Below, piece after piece: positions 1-11,390 of a stretch of 64,000 nucleotides of DNA (its first letter is position 1; every line of letters begins with the position of its first letter). The position numbers were made by a program, and so were the translations under genes. This DNA is from an uncultured SAR86 cluster bacterium. Its GTDB lineage: Bacteria; Pseudomonadota; Gammaproteobacteria; Magnimaribacterales; D2472. The notes under the pieces were generated by a model, which saw nothing but the letters and a program-made list of their open reading frames with translations, was not told the DNA's origin and made no database searches. The stretch covers positions 86,873 to 150,872 of the forward strand of contig CACBPP010000003.1 in the NCBI GenBank assembly GCA_902541175.1, in the 5' to 3' direction.

Positions 1-1
1 A

Positions 2-310
2 GCAAAAGAGCTAAATGTTCCAGTTATTGCATTATCTCAATTAAACAGGGCTGTAGAACAAAGACCAAACAAAAGGCCCATAATGGCTGATCTTAGAGAT
101 TCAGGTGCTATTGAACAAGATGCAGATGTAATCTTATTTATATACAGAGACGAAGTTTACAATGAGGATTCTGAGCAGGGTAATAAAGCGGAAATAATTA
201 TTGGCAAACAAAGAAATGGACCAATCGGTACAGTTAATTTAACTTTCTTAAAAGAATTCACAAGATTTGAAAACTTTTCTAGCGACAGTTTTTACGAATC
301 ATTTGAATGA
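2..310 (+). CDS. dnaB: Replicative DNA helicase, C-terminal part (5' end outside window)
   Basis: Frame open from base 2: [50 protein letters not shown]...KQRNGPIG. Confidence 0.97.
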   Translation, partial: AKELNVPVIALSQLNRAVEQRPNKRPIMADLRDSGAIEQDADVILFIYRDEVYNEDSEQGNKAEIIIGKQRNGPIGTVNLTFLKEFTRFENFSSDSFYESFE

Positions 311-1368
311 CCTCAATAAACTCTGAATTAATAATCGATCCTAAAATATTTAGAGAAAATATTTCATTATTGAAAAATAAACTCAACAATTCCGCTAAAT
401 TTATGGCTGTTATCAAATCTGATGCTTATGGCCATCACCTTGAACATATAGTTAAAGATATTGAGGATCTCTCAGATGGGTTTGGAGTTGTAAGAATTGA
501 TGAAGCTTTGAAAATAAGGGAGCTTTCAAATAAAAAAATACTTCTTATGCAGGGAGTTTATTCAAAAGAGGATCTTGATATTTCGATAAAAAATAAATTT
601 GATCTAGTTGTTCATAATCTAGATCAATTTCAAATTCTTAAAGAAGGCAATCATTATGAAGGGTTATGGTTAAAGCTCAATACAGGCATGAATAGACTTG
701 GTTTTGGTATAGATGAATTTTTGAAAATATATGAAGAATATTTATATGATAAAAATTTTACTTTAATGTCCCATCTAGCATCGTCTAATGATACATCAAA
801 TCCCTCTAATGAAAATCAATTTAAAATTTTTGAGGATATTTCCTCTAGATTACACAATTCAATTGAAAGGAGTATTGCTAACACGGGATGTATTATGAAC
901 TATCCTAACAAAACTTATGATTGGGCCAGGTGTGGTATTGGAATTTATGGAGGATACATTGGAAACCATGACCTTAAAACTGCCATGACATTAAGATCTC
1001 CAATTGTGAACATAAGAAATATCAATAAAGGAGATAAAGTTGGCTATGACGGAAGGGCTGTTGCAAAGAAAGATATGACAATAGCATCAGTCTACCTTGG
1101 ATATGCAGATGGATTACCAGTAAACATAAAAGATGGCACTTCTGTAATGATTAATAATGAAATAGCTTCTGTTTTTGGAAAAGTTAGTATGGATTTAACT
1201 ACAATTGATATCAGCAACATAGAAAAATGTTCTGTTGGCGATTGGTGCGAATTTTTTTCACCAGAGTTACCAATTACAAATATAGCTAGTTCAAATGATC
1301 TTATTTCTTATTATCTGATGACAAGTGTGAAATCACGAGTAAAAAAAGTATATAAAACATTAGATTAA
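307..1368 (+). CDS. alr: Alanine racemase
   Basis: [13 protein letters not shown]-lysine motif, [24 protein letters not shown]; follows dnaB. Confidence 0.95.
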   Translation: MTSINSELIIDPKIFRENISLLKNKLNNSAKFMAVIKSDAYGHHLEHIVKDIEDLSDGFGVVRIDEALKIRELSNKKILLMQGVYSKEDLDISIKNKFDLVVHNLDQFQILKEGNHYEGLWLKLNTGMNRLGFGIDEFLKIYEEYLYDKNFTLMSHLASSNDTSNPSNENQFKIFEDISSRLHNSIERSIANTGCIMNYPNKTYDWARCGIGIYGGYIGNHDLKTAMTLRSPIVNIRNINKGDKVGYDGRAVAKKDMTIASVYLGYADGLPVNIKDGTSVMINNEIASVFGKVSMDLTTIDISNIEKCSVGDWCEFFSPELPITNIASSNDLISYYLMTSVKSRVKKVYKTLD

Positions 1369-1394
1369 TCTGTTATTCTAATATCCCATCATGA

Positions 1395-3032
<1,638 letters not shown>

Positions 3033-3034
3033 AA

Positions 3035-3865
3035 ATGAAATTAAGAGACTTTAAAATTGATAATAATGAAAAAATGACCCTCATGGGCGGTATGAATGTT
3101 CTTGAATCAAGAGATTTGGCAATGGAAGTAGCTGAAAAATTTAAGAATGTAACTGATAAAAATGGTATTAATTATATTTTTAAAGGCTCTTTTGACAAAG
3201 CTAACAGGAGCTCTATTAGTTCATATAGGGGGCCCGGTTTAGATGAAGGCTTAAAAATATTGGAGGAAATTTCAAAAACTTATGATATTCCTGTAATCAC
3301 CGACATTCACGAGCCTAATCAAGCAGAATCAGTAAGTGAAATTTGTGAGGTTATTCAAATACCTGCTTTCCTTGCAAGACAAACCGATTTAGTTAGCGCA
3401 GCTGCAAAAACTTCTTCCATAATTCAATTTAAGAAACCTCAATTTTTATCAGCTCAAGAGATGTCAAACGTCGTTGAAAAATGTGAAGCAGCTGGAAATA
3501 AAAATATTACTTTGTGTGAAAGAGGTAACTCATATGGATACAACAATTTGGTTGTTGATACTTTAAATTTTCAAATTTTAAAAAAATTATCAAAACCTGT
3601 AATTTTTGATGTAACACATTCACTTCAATTACCAGGAGGCTTAGGAAGCTCTACTGGTGGAAGAAGAGAATATGTTTTAAGTCTTGCAAAGGCTGGTATG
3701 TCGCAATCAATAGCTGGACTTTTTCTGGAAGCACATCCAAATCCTGATGAGGCTAAATGTGATGGACCTTGTGCATTACCTCTCTCTTATCTTGATGAAT
3801 TTTTAAATCAAATTAAAGATTTGGATGATTTTGTTAAAGGTCAAAATAATTTAGAGATCAAATAA
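3035..3865 (+). CDS. kdsA: KDO-8-phosphate synthase
   Basis: KGSFDKANRSS, QIPAFLARQTDL, FDVTHSLQ, AKCDGP; pyrG-kdsA-eno synteny. Confidence 0.97.
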   Translation: MKLRDFKIDNNEKMTLMGGMNVLESRDLAMEVAEKFKNVTDKNGINYIFKGSFDKANRSSISSYRGPGLDEGLKILEEISKTYDIPVITDIHEPNQAESVSEICEVIQIPAFLARQTDLVSAAAKTSSIIQFKKPQFLSAQEMSNVVEKCEAAGNKNITLCERGNSYGYNNLVVDTLNFQILKKLSKPVIFDVTHSLQLPGGLGSSTGGRREYVLSLAKAGMSQSIAGLFLEAHPNPDEAKCDGPCALPLSYLDEFLNQIKDLDDFVKGQNNLEIK

Positions 3866-3867
3866 CA

Positions 3868-5145
3868 ATGTCAAAAATATCGAATGTAAATGCTATTCAA
3901 GTTTTTGATTCTAGAGGCATTCCTACAATTGCTTGCGAAATAAGTCTTGATAACGGGATATGTGCATCAGCAATGGTTCCAAGTGGAGCATCGACAGGTT
4001 CGAAGGAAGCACTAGAGCTCAGAGACAGTGATTCAAATTATCATGGAAAAGGAGTTCTTAATGCTATTTCAAATATTAATAATAAATTAGGTCCTTTATT
4101 AATTGGAAAAGAATCTGAAGATCAAATTGATATTGACAGAATATTAATTGATTATGATGGTACAGATGATAAATCATCCATGGGTGCAAATGCTATACTG
4201 GCTATATCCCTAGCAAGCTCTCATGTTGCAGCTAAAAATAAAAAAGTTAACCTATATGAGCATTTTTCGAGCATCTACAAAGATATAACAGGCAAAGCAA
4301 ATAAATACTCAATACCAATGCCAATGTTTAATATTTTGAACGGAGGAGAGCATGCTGATAATAATGTTGATATTCAAGAATTCATGATCGTACCTAGTGG
4401 TGCTAAGGATTTTACTCAGATAATGAAATGGTCAACGGAAATTTATCATAATTTAAAAGAAATTTTATTATCTAAAAATTATTCCACAGCAGTAGGTGAT
4501 GAGGGCGGATTTGCACCAAATCTAAATTCAAATGAAGAAGCAATAGAATTAATCATTGAATCAATTAAAGCATCAAAACTTAACCCAGGAGATGATGTGA
4601 GCATTGCTCTTGATTGTGCTGCAAGTGAGTTTTTTGATGGTAATAATTATTTTTTAAAAGGTGAAAATAAAAAATATACATATGCAGAATTTACAAATTA
4701 TCTTGATAACCTAATTACACAATACCCAATTTCATCTATTGAGGACGCAATGGATGAAAATGATGTAGAGGGTTGGAAGCTAGTTACTGATAAATTGGGG
4801 GAAAAATGTCAGCTTGTCGGTGATGACTTATTTGTAACTAATAAAAAAGTTTTTTTAGAAGGCATCAATCACGAACTCGCTAATTCAATTTTGATTAAAT
4901 TTAATCAGGTTGGGACTATATCAGAAACAATTGGGACAATTGAATGTGCAAGAGAAAACGGCTATAAATGTATTATATCTCACAGGTCTGGAGAAACTGA
5001 GGATACAACTATTTCAGATTTAGCTGTTGGATTAGGAGCATCACAAATTAAAACTGGAGCACCTTGCAGGTCTGACAGAATTGCAAAATATAATAGATTG
5101 CTTTGGATTGAAAATAAAAGCAACGATATTTTGTTAAATGAATAA
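3868..5145 (+). CDS. eno: Enolase
   Basis: VPSGASTG..EALELRD, VGDEGGFAP, QLVGDDLFVTN, SHRSGETED. Confidence 0.98.
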   Translation: MSKISNVNAIQVFDSRGIPTIACEISLDNGICASAMVPSGASTGSKEALELRDSDSNYHGKGVLNAISNINNKLGPLLIGKESEDQIDIDRILIDYDGTDDKSSMGANAILAISLASSHVAAKNKKVNLYEHFSSIYKDITGKANKYSIPMPMFNILNGGEHADNNVDIQEFMIVPSGAKDFTQIMKWSTEIYHNLKEILLSKNYSTAVGDEGGFAPNLNSNEEAIELIIESIKASKLNPGDDVSIALDCAASEFFDGNNYFLKGENKKYTYAEFTNYLDNLITQYPISSIEDAMDENDVEGWKLVTDKLGEKCQLVGDDLFVTNKKVFLEGINHELANSILIKFNQVGTISETIGTIECARENGYKCIISHRSGETEDTTISDLAVGLGASQIKTGAPCRSDRIAKYNRLLWIENKSNDILLNE

Positions 5146-5443
5146 ACTAAATTATTTATTCTATTTATTGTTGGTTTTAATAATTATCTTGTTATTAAAC
5201 AGCAATTTTTTTGGTGAGAATAATTACTCCAATAGAGATGCTCTTGCAATAGAAAATACTGCACAAAGATTAAAAAATGAAGCCATTAAAAAAGAAAATG
5301 AAATTCTTGAATTTGAGATTAAGAATGCCCAAAATTCAAATGATCATGTGGAGAATTTTGCTAGAGAGAAGCTAAACTTAACATATCCTGAGGAAGAATT
5401 TATATCTTTTGAAGAAGAAAAAAAAGATGATGAAAGAAAATAG
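5138..5443 (+). CDS. ftsB: Cell division protein FtsB (septum formation initiator)
   Basis: N-terminal TM helix, coiled coil, ENFAREKLNL..PEE; lies between eno and ispD. Confidence 0.85.
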   Translation: MNKLNYLFYLLLVLIIILLLNSNFFGENNYSNRDALAIENTAQRLKNEAIKKENEILEFEIKNAQNSNDHVENFAREKLNLTYPEEEFISFEEEKKDDERK

Positions 5444-6566
5444 TTTATTGGCAATAATTGCGGCTGCAGGAATTGGAAAAAGATTTGATGGTGATTTGCC
5501 CAAGCAGTATGTCAAAATTAACGGAAGATCTATTATTGAAAATGCTGTAAAGCCTTTTATAGATTCAAAATATATTTCTAAGATAGTAATCGCAATTTCT
5601 GATGGAGATGAGCTTATAAAAAGCCAGAACTTTTATAATTGCAAAAAAATTGAATATATTATTGGAGGATTGACTCGACAAGAATCAATTTTTAATGCTC
5701 TTAACTCGATTGAAGATGATTATGAATTTGTAATTACGCATGATGCAGCTCGACCAAATGTTTCCGAAAATGATATTGCAAGACTTTTTGAAGATATTGT
5801 TCATTCAAAGTCGAGTTGTTCATATCTATATACTCCTGTTTATGATTCAATTAGGGAAGACGATAGAACATTAGATAAGTCTAAATTTAATTTAGTTCAA
5901 ACTCCTCAAATATGTAATTTCAAAGACTTAAAAAAATCTATACAAAGCTGTATCGATAATAATTTAGATTGTCCTGATGAATCATTTGCCATTGAATATT
6001 CAAATCTTAAATTATCTAAGATTCTTGGAGATAGATCGAATATAAAAGTAACAGAGAAAGCTGATATAGAAATTCTCAATAATTTTCTTACAAGAAGTGG
6101 TATTGGTTATGACCTTCACAAATATGAACCAGGAGATGGGATTATTTTGGGCGGATATAAAATTACATGTAATTACAAGATTGTAGCTCATTCTGATGGA
6201 GACGTATTACTCCATTCAATTGCTGATTCAATATTGGGTGCTGCCGGGTTGGGTGACATTGGGATGTTTTTTTCAGATCAAGATAATAAAAATAAGAATT
6301 TAGATAGTACGCTTATCATTGAACACTGCCTAAATGAATTAAATAAAATGGATTTAGAAATTTATAATATTGATACAACAATTATTTGTGAAAATCCTAA
6401 AATTAATCCGCATAGAGAAAAAATTTTAGAGAATTTGTCTGCAATATTAAAAGTTCCTATTAATAAAATTGGCTTAAAAGCTACTACGTCAGAAAAAATT
6501 GGAATCATTGGAAATAATGAAGCTATATCAGTTCAAAGTATAGTTAATTTAAAGGACCTATTATGA
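5427..6566 (+). CDS. ispDF: Bifunctional IspD/IspF (MEP cytidylyltransferase / MEcPP synthase); start probably ATG 5427 or 5430
   Basis: IspD motifs AAAGIGKRF..PKQY, HDAARP, VQTPQ, NIKVT in one frame with IspF motifs GIGYDLH, HSDGDVLLH, GDIG, KATTSEK. Confidence 0.93.
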   Translation: MMKENSLLAIIAAAGIGKRFDGDLPKQYVKINGRSIIENAVKPFIDSKYISKIVIAISDGDELIKSQNFYNCKKIEYIIGGLTRQESIFNALNSIEDDYEFVITHDAARPNVSENDIARLFEDIVHSKSSCSYLYTPVYDSIREDDRTLDKSKFNLVQTPQICNFKDLKKSIQSCIDNNLDCPDESFAIEYSNLKLSKILGDRSNIKVTEKADIEILNNFLTRSGIGYDLHKYEPGDGIILGGYKITCNYKIVAHSDGDVLLHSIADSILGAAGLGDIGMFFSDQDNKNKNLDSTLIIEHCLNELNKMDLEIYNIDTTIICENPKINPHREKILENLSAILKVPINKIGLKATTSEKIGIIGNNEAISVQSIVNLKDLL

Positions 6567-7318
6567 AAATATTGCTTACAAATGATGATGGATATAAAGC
6601 CCATAATATTCAGAATATGTATGAGGAACTATCAAAAGATCATGATGTGTGGATAGTCGCTCCAAAAAATAATTGCAGTGGTATGAGTGCAGCTATTTCT
6701 TACCTAAGTGAGATTGAGGTTACGAAAGTCGATGATAAGATCTATGCAGTAGATGGAACCCCGGCCGATTGCACATATTTAGGTTTATTAAGTATAGTTG
6801 ATTTTGAATTCGATATTGTTATATCAGGTATTAATCATGGAGCCAATATTGGTAATGACGTTTTATATTCTGGAACAGTTGGAGCTGCTGTTGGAGGAAG
6901 GAATTTAAAGTACCCACCAATTGCTATATCAGTTGCCTCTTATGATGCTAAGGATATAAGCTTTATAACAAGAAAATCGCTTGAGTTAATTAATAAAATT
7001 ATTAAATTTAGTGAAACTTATTCTGGAAAAGTAATCAACATAAACTTTCCAGATATTTCTGAAGAGGAATATAAAGGAGTTAAGGCAACAGGATTATCTA
7101 AAAGAGACGTTCCAGCCAAACCTATAAAGATAGAAGATCAATCCCTATCAAAAGAAACTTACAGATATCGATATAACCTATCAGGCGAGCCTATTAAAGG
7201 TGATTATGTTACTGATGCAGAAGCTGTTATGGATGGATATGTTTCTATATCTGTTCTCGACTATAGTCTAGGCTCATCTGAATTTATTGATAATCTTTCT
7301 GAGATAATAAATGAGTAA
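6563..7318 (+). CDS. surE: 5'/3'-nucleotidase SurE
   Basis: ILLTNDDG, DGTPADC, SGINHGANIG.DVLYSGTV. Confidence 0.96.
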   Translation: MKILLTNDDGYKAHNIQNMYEELSKDHDVWIVAPKNNCSGMSAAISYLSEIEVTKVDDKIYAVDGTPADCTYLGLLSIVDFEFDIVISGINHGANIGNDVLYSGTVGAAVGGRNLKYPPIAISVASYDAKDISFITRKSLELINKIIKFSETYSGKVININFPDISEEEYKGVKATGLSKRDVPAKPIKIEDQSLSKETYRYRYNLSGEPIKGDYVTDAEAVMDGYVSISVLDYSLGSSEFIDNLSEIINE

Positions 7319-7991
7319 CTCTGGATTTACTTTTAGAAGGGTTAGAGAGGAAATGATTGAAGCACTTCTGGATTTAGGGATAAAAGATTTCAGAGTTCTC
7401 GATGCGATTTCACAAGTGCCAAGACATATTTTTCTTGACGAAGCTCTTTGGTCGAGAGCCTATGAAAATAGATCATTGACTATTGGTTATAAGCAAACAA
7501 TTTCTCAGCCATATATAGTTGCAAGGATGACTGAATTATTAATTTCTCATACAAATTCGAGAGGCAAAATATTTGAAAATCTACTTGAACTTGGATCAGG
7601 TTGTGGATATCAATCAGCAGTACTATCTTTTTTTAGTGAAAATGTTGATGCAATTGAGCGAATAAAACCACTCGTTCAAAAATCAAAAGAGAATTTATCT
7701 CAATTAAAAATTAATAATGTGTTATTTAGGCATGGTGATGGATATCAAGATTGGGAAAAAGAAAAAAAATATGATGGTATTTTATGTGCTGCTGCTCCAA
7801 GAGAGTATCCTAACGATTTAGTTTCTGTTTTAAATAATGATGCAAAGCTAGTAATTCCCGTTGGTGGAGCTTCTCAGAAATTGAATGTTATAACTAAAAT
7901 CAATAATGATGAAATAAATGAAGAAGAATTTGATGATGTATCATTTGTTCCAATGCTTGCAGGAAAATCAGAAGATGGAAATGATGTATGA
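7311..7991 (+). CDS. pcm: Protein-L-isoaspartate O-methyltransferase
   Basis: VPRHIF, QTISQPYIVARM, LELGSGCGYQ, FVPM; follows surE. Confidence 0.96.
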   Translation: MSNSGFTFRRVREEMIEALLDLGIKDFRVLDAISQVPRHIFLDEALWSRAYENRSLTIGYKQTISQPYIVARMTELLISHTNSRGKIFENLLELGSGCGYQSAVLSFFSENVDAIERIKPLVQKSKENLSQLKINNVLFRHGDGYQDWEKEKKYDGILCAAAPREYPNDLVSVLNNDAKLVIPVGGASQKLNVITKINNDEINEEEFDDVSFVPMLAGKSEDGNDV

Positions 7992-8719
7992 AAGATCAAC
8001 TTAAATACTTTACAGCAGGTGTCTTCATAGGCATATCTGAATTGTTACCAGGTATATCTGGTGCGACTGTAGCATTAATGTTTGGAGTCTATGAAAAGAT
8101 TCTAAATTTTTTGACGAAATTTAGAGATTTAAATTTAATTATTCCATTATTTGTTGGGATGGTATTAAGTGTATTTTTATTTTCTTCGCTTGTTAACTTT
8201 TTATACACGAACTTTACTCAAACATTTAACATTTTTATAGCTTTTATAATGATTGGATACGGCATTTTTTTGTTAATAAATACTTACTTAAAAGAAAATA
8301 TTAATAAAGGCAAAACTTTTTACTTAAATGTTTTTCTTGCAATTTTTATTGGTTTTTTGCTAAGTGGCTTTTACATAATCGGATCATATCCACCTGATGG
8401 TCCATTTACACCCTCTGTAGGTGCGCTAATTATATTTGGTTTTTTTGCATGCACATTTTTACTTTTTCCAGGAATATCTGGCAGCGCATTTTTGTTAGCC
8501 GTTGGTATTTATCCTTATATTATTGGCAGCATATCGAATCTTAATATTGATGTATTACTTCCTTTTGCTATTGGAATGTTAATAACTTTAATAATTATGC
8601 CCAGGATTATTAATAAAGCATATGAGAAATATGGAAAATCAATACTAATATTTTTTGGTGGATTAATTTTTTCTGCTGGGTTATTGGATCTTGCAGAAAT
8701 AGTTAATTTTCTTTTATAA
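7988..8719 (+). CDS. DUF368-family membrane protein (putative undecaprenyl-phosphate translocase)
   Basis: Duplicated motifs [11 protein letters not shown] and [12 protein letters not shown]; multiple TM helices. Confidence 0.8.
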   Translation: MKDQLKYFTAGVFIGISELLPGISGATVALMFGVYEKILNFLTKFRDLNLIIPLFVGMVLSVFLFSSLVNFLYTNFTQTFNIFIAFIMIGYGIFLLINTYLKENINKGKTFYLNVFLAIFIGFLLSGFYIIGSYPPDGPFTPSVGALIIFGFFACTFLLFPGISGSAFLLAVGIYPYIIGSISNLNIDVLLPFAIGMLITLIIMPRIINKAYEKYGKSILIFFGGLIFSAGLLDLAEIVNFLL

Positions 8720-9031
8720 AAATTCCTTTTTACCTTTAATATCTTTATATTTCTCAGCCTCTGGTAATGGTTCTTTCGCTTCTGTTATATTTTCATAAAC
8801 CTCAGAAAGCCTGAGATTGATCTCTATGAATTCTATTTGATCTGACGGTAATTCGTCATCTGCATAAATAGCTTCAATAGGGCATTCAGGCTCGCATAAA
8901 CCACAGTCAATGCATTCATCTGGATGTATGACAAGGAATTCTGGGCCTTCGTAAAAACAATCAACAGGACATACTTCAACACAATCAGTGTATTTACATT
9001 TAATGCATGATTCTGTTACTACGTATGTCAT
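8714..9031 (-). CDS. fdxA: 7Fe ferredoxin FdxA
   Basis: [29 protein letters not shown]...[12 protein letters not shown]. Confidence 0.95.
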   Translation of the reverse strand: MTYVVTESCIKCKYTDCVEVCPVDCFYEGPEFLVIHPDECIDCGLCEPECPIEAIYADDELPSDQIEFIEINLRLSEVYENITEAKEPLPEAEKYKDIKGKKEFL

Positions 9032-9112
9032 AATTAGTTGAGAAGACTGAATTTTAGCTTACTAATTTTTAAATTTACACAAAACTGTTTAAAAAAATAG
9101 AAAAATACTATA

Positions 9113-9132
9113 TACTGTATAAATATACAGTA
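9113..9132. promoter_or_regulatory. LexA (SOS) box upstream of recA
   Basis: TACTGTATAAATATACAGTA, matching CTGT-N8-ACAG at 9115-9130, just upstream of the recA RBS (AAGGAG). Confidence 0.9.
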
Positions 9133-9148
9133 AATTAAGGAGTTAATT

Positions 9149-10156
9149 ATGCCTAAATCGAAAGATACTACTTCAAAATCATTAAAAGATACTATTGCAA
9201 GTATTGACGATCATTTTGGTAAAGGAACAGTAATGAGAATGGGCGATCGAGAAAATCTTGATATCCCCTCAATTTCAACAGGATCACTTGGTCTTGATAT
9301 TGCACTTGGAATAGGAGGAATTCCAAAAGGGAGAGTTACAGAAATTTATGGACCTGAGTCTTCTGGTAAAACTACCCTGACACTTCAAATAATTGCTCAA
9401 TGTCAAAAAGAAGGAGGAACTTGTGCCTTTATTGATGCTGAACATGCTTTAGACCCACAATATGCTGAAAAATTAGGTGTCAATGTAGATGAATTGCTAT
9501 TATCACAACCTGATACTGGAGAACAGGCATTAGAAGTTGCAGATATGTTAGTTAAATCTAAGAGCGTAGATTTGGTAATTATCGATTCCGTTGCCGCATT
9601 GGTTCCAAGAGCAGAAATTGAAGGAGAGATGGGAGACCATCATGTTGGCCTTCAAGCTAGATTAATGTCACAAGCCCTTAGAAAAATTACAGGTAACATT
9701 CAAAGGTCTGGCGCCACTGTTGTTTTTATTAATCAAATAAGAATGAAAATTGGTGTTATGTTTGGCAGTCCTGAAACAACTACTGGTGGTAATGCTTTAA
9801 AGTTCTATTCTTCAGTAAGATTAGATATCAGAAGAATTGGTTCTGTAAAAGAGGGAGACGAAGTGATGGGTAACGAAACAAGAGTTAAAGTTGTCAAAAA
9901 CAAAGTATCTCCTCCTTTTAAACAAGCAGAGTTCCAGATTATGTATGGACAAGGAATCAACCAGGAAGGTGAAATATTAGACTTTGGTCACAAACTTGGT
10001 TTGGTTGATAAATCAGGTGCTTTTTATAAATTAGATGGTGAGAGTATTGGACAAGGTAAGGTAAAAGCTAGTACTTTCCTAAAAGAAAATGCAAAAGTTA
10101 GAGACAAACTTGTAAAAGAAATAAGATCTTCTTACATTTCAAGTAAATCTAAATAA
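9149..10156 (+). CDS. recA: Recombinase A
   Basis: [37 protein letters not shown]. Confidence 0.99.
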   Translation: MPKSKDTTSKSLKDTIASIDDHFGKGTVMRMGDRENLDIPSISTGSLGLDIALGIGGIPKGRVTEIYGPESSGKTTLTLQIIAQCQKEGGTCAFIDAEHALDPQYAEKLGVNVDELLLSQPDTGEQALEVADMLVKSKSVDLVIIDSVAALVPRAEIEGEMGDHHVGLQARLMSQALRKITGNIQRSGATVVFINQIRMKIGVMFGSPETTTGGNALKFYSSVRLDIRRIGSVKEGDEVMGNETRVKVVKNKVSPPFKQAEFQIMYGQGINQEGEILDFGHKLGLVDKSGAFYKLDGESIGQGKVKASTFLKENAKVRDKLVKEIRSSYISSKSK

Positions 10157-10170
10157 ATTTTTGATACAAT

Positions 10171-10204
10171 AAATCCTATTAATTAATTTTAGTAGGATTT
10201 TTTT
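10171..10204 (+). terminator. Hairpin plus U-tract after recA, overlapping the thiolase RBS
   Basis: AAATCCTATTAA (10171-82) pairs with TTAGTAGGATTT (10189-200) with one G.U pair, followed by TTTT. Confidence 0.5.
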
Positions 10205-11386
10205 ATGGCAGAGAAAGCATATATTGTTGAAGCAGTAAGAACAGCTGGTGGTAAAAGAGATGGAAGATTGAGTCTATGGCACCCGGCTGATCTTGGAGCA
10301 AAGGTTCTAGATGAATTAGTAACGAGATTAGATATTGATCCTGCGCTTGTAGACGATGTAATTTTTGGCTGTGTTGATCAGGTTGGGGCACAATCAGGTA
10401 ACGTAGCTAGAAATGCAGTCTTGTCTTCGTCTTTTCCTGAATCTGTTCCTGGAACTTCTGTTGATAGACAATGTGGTTCATCTCAACAAGCAATTCACTT
10501 CGCAATTCAGGCTGTAATGTCTGGTACTCAAGATATTGTTATTGGTGGAGGTGTTGAAGTAATGTCTATGGTACCTATCGGTGCAGCAGTTACAGATGGA
10601 TATAATGCAGGACACGGGCTACCGTTTGATTCTGAAGGAATGAAAGAAAGATACCCAGATATATTTTTCTCTCAATTTACAGGCGCAGAACTAGTAGCTG
10701 ATAAATGGAATCTTTCTCGTGAAGATCTAGATCAATTTGCTTTGGAAAGTCATCAAAAGGCAGCTCAAGCAACAGAATCAAAATATTTTGATAAAGAAAT
10801 TCTACCTGTCGAAGGTAAAAATGCTGAAGGCATTAACGATTTAGTAATGGCAGATGAAGGTATTAGATTTGATGCTAGTCTTGATAAATTAGCAGGATTG
10901 AACCCAGTAACTGAAGGTGGCAAAATTACCGCTGGTAATGCCAGTCAAATCACAGATGGAGCTGCAGCTGTTCTTATTTGCAATGACGCAGGACTAAAAA
11001 AGATCAAATCTAACCCAAGGGCAGAAATAGTATCTATTTCTGTTGTTGGAGATGATCCTGTATTTATGTTGACTGGACCAATACCCGCATCTCATAAGGC
11101 TTTAGACATTGCTAAATTAAGCATTGATGATATGGATATATATGAAGTCAATGAAGCATTTGCTCCAGTTCCTCTTGCATGGGCTGAAGAATTAAAGGCA
11201 GATAGAAGCAAATTAAATGTCAATGGTGGTGCAATGGCGCTCGGACATCCTCTTGGCGCAACAGGGGCAAAGCTAATGACTACTATGCTCCATGAGTTAG
11301 AGAGAAGAAAGGGTAAATACGCATTACAAGCAATATGCGAGGGCGGGGGAACCGCTAATGCAACTATTATTAAAAGAGTTAGCTAA
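10205..11386 (+). CDS. Acetyl-CoA C-acyltransferase (thiolase)
   Basis: VDRQCGSSQQA, EVNEAFA, NVNGGAMALGHPLGATG, ICEGGG. Confidence 0.95.
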   Translation: MAEKAYIVEAVRTAGGKRDGRLSLWHPADLGAKVLDELVTRLDIDPALVDDVIFGCVDQVGAQSGNVARNAVLSSSFPESVPGTSVDRQCGSSQQAIHFAIQAVMSGTQDIVIGGGVEVMSMVPIGAAVTDGYNAGHGLPFDSEGMKERYPDIFFSQFTGAELVADKWNLSREDLDQFALESHQKAAQATESKYFDKEILPVEGKNAEGINDLVMADEGIRFDASLDKLAGLNPVTEGGKITAGNASQITDGAAAVLICNDAGLKKIKSNPRAEIVSISVVGDDPVFMLTGPIPASHKALDIAKLSIDDMDIYEVNEAFAPVPLAWAEELKADRSKLNVNGGAMALGHPLGATGAKLMTTMLHELERRKGKYALQAICEGGGTANATIIKRVS

Positions 11387-11390
11387 GAAA

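Noticed and set aside
2-310. Intein in DnaB or RecA
   Set aside because: The visible DnaB segment is uninterrupted and RecA (9149-10156) has normal length.
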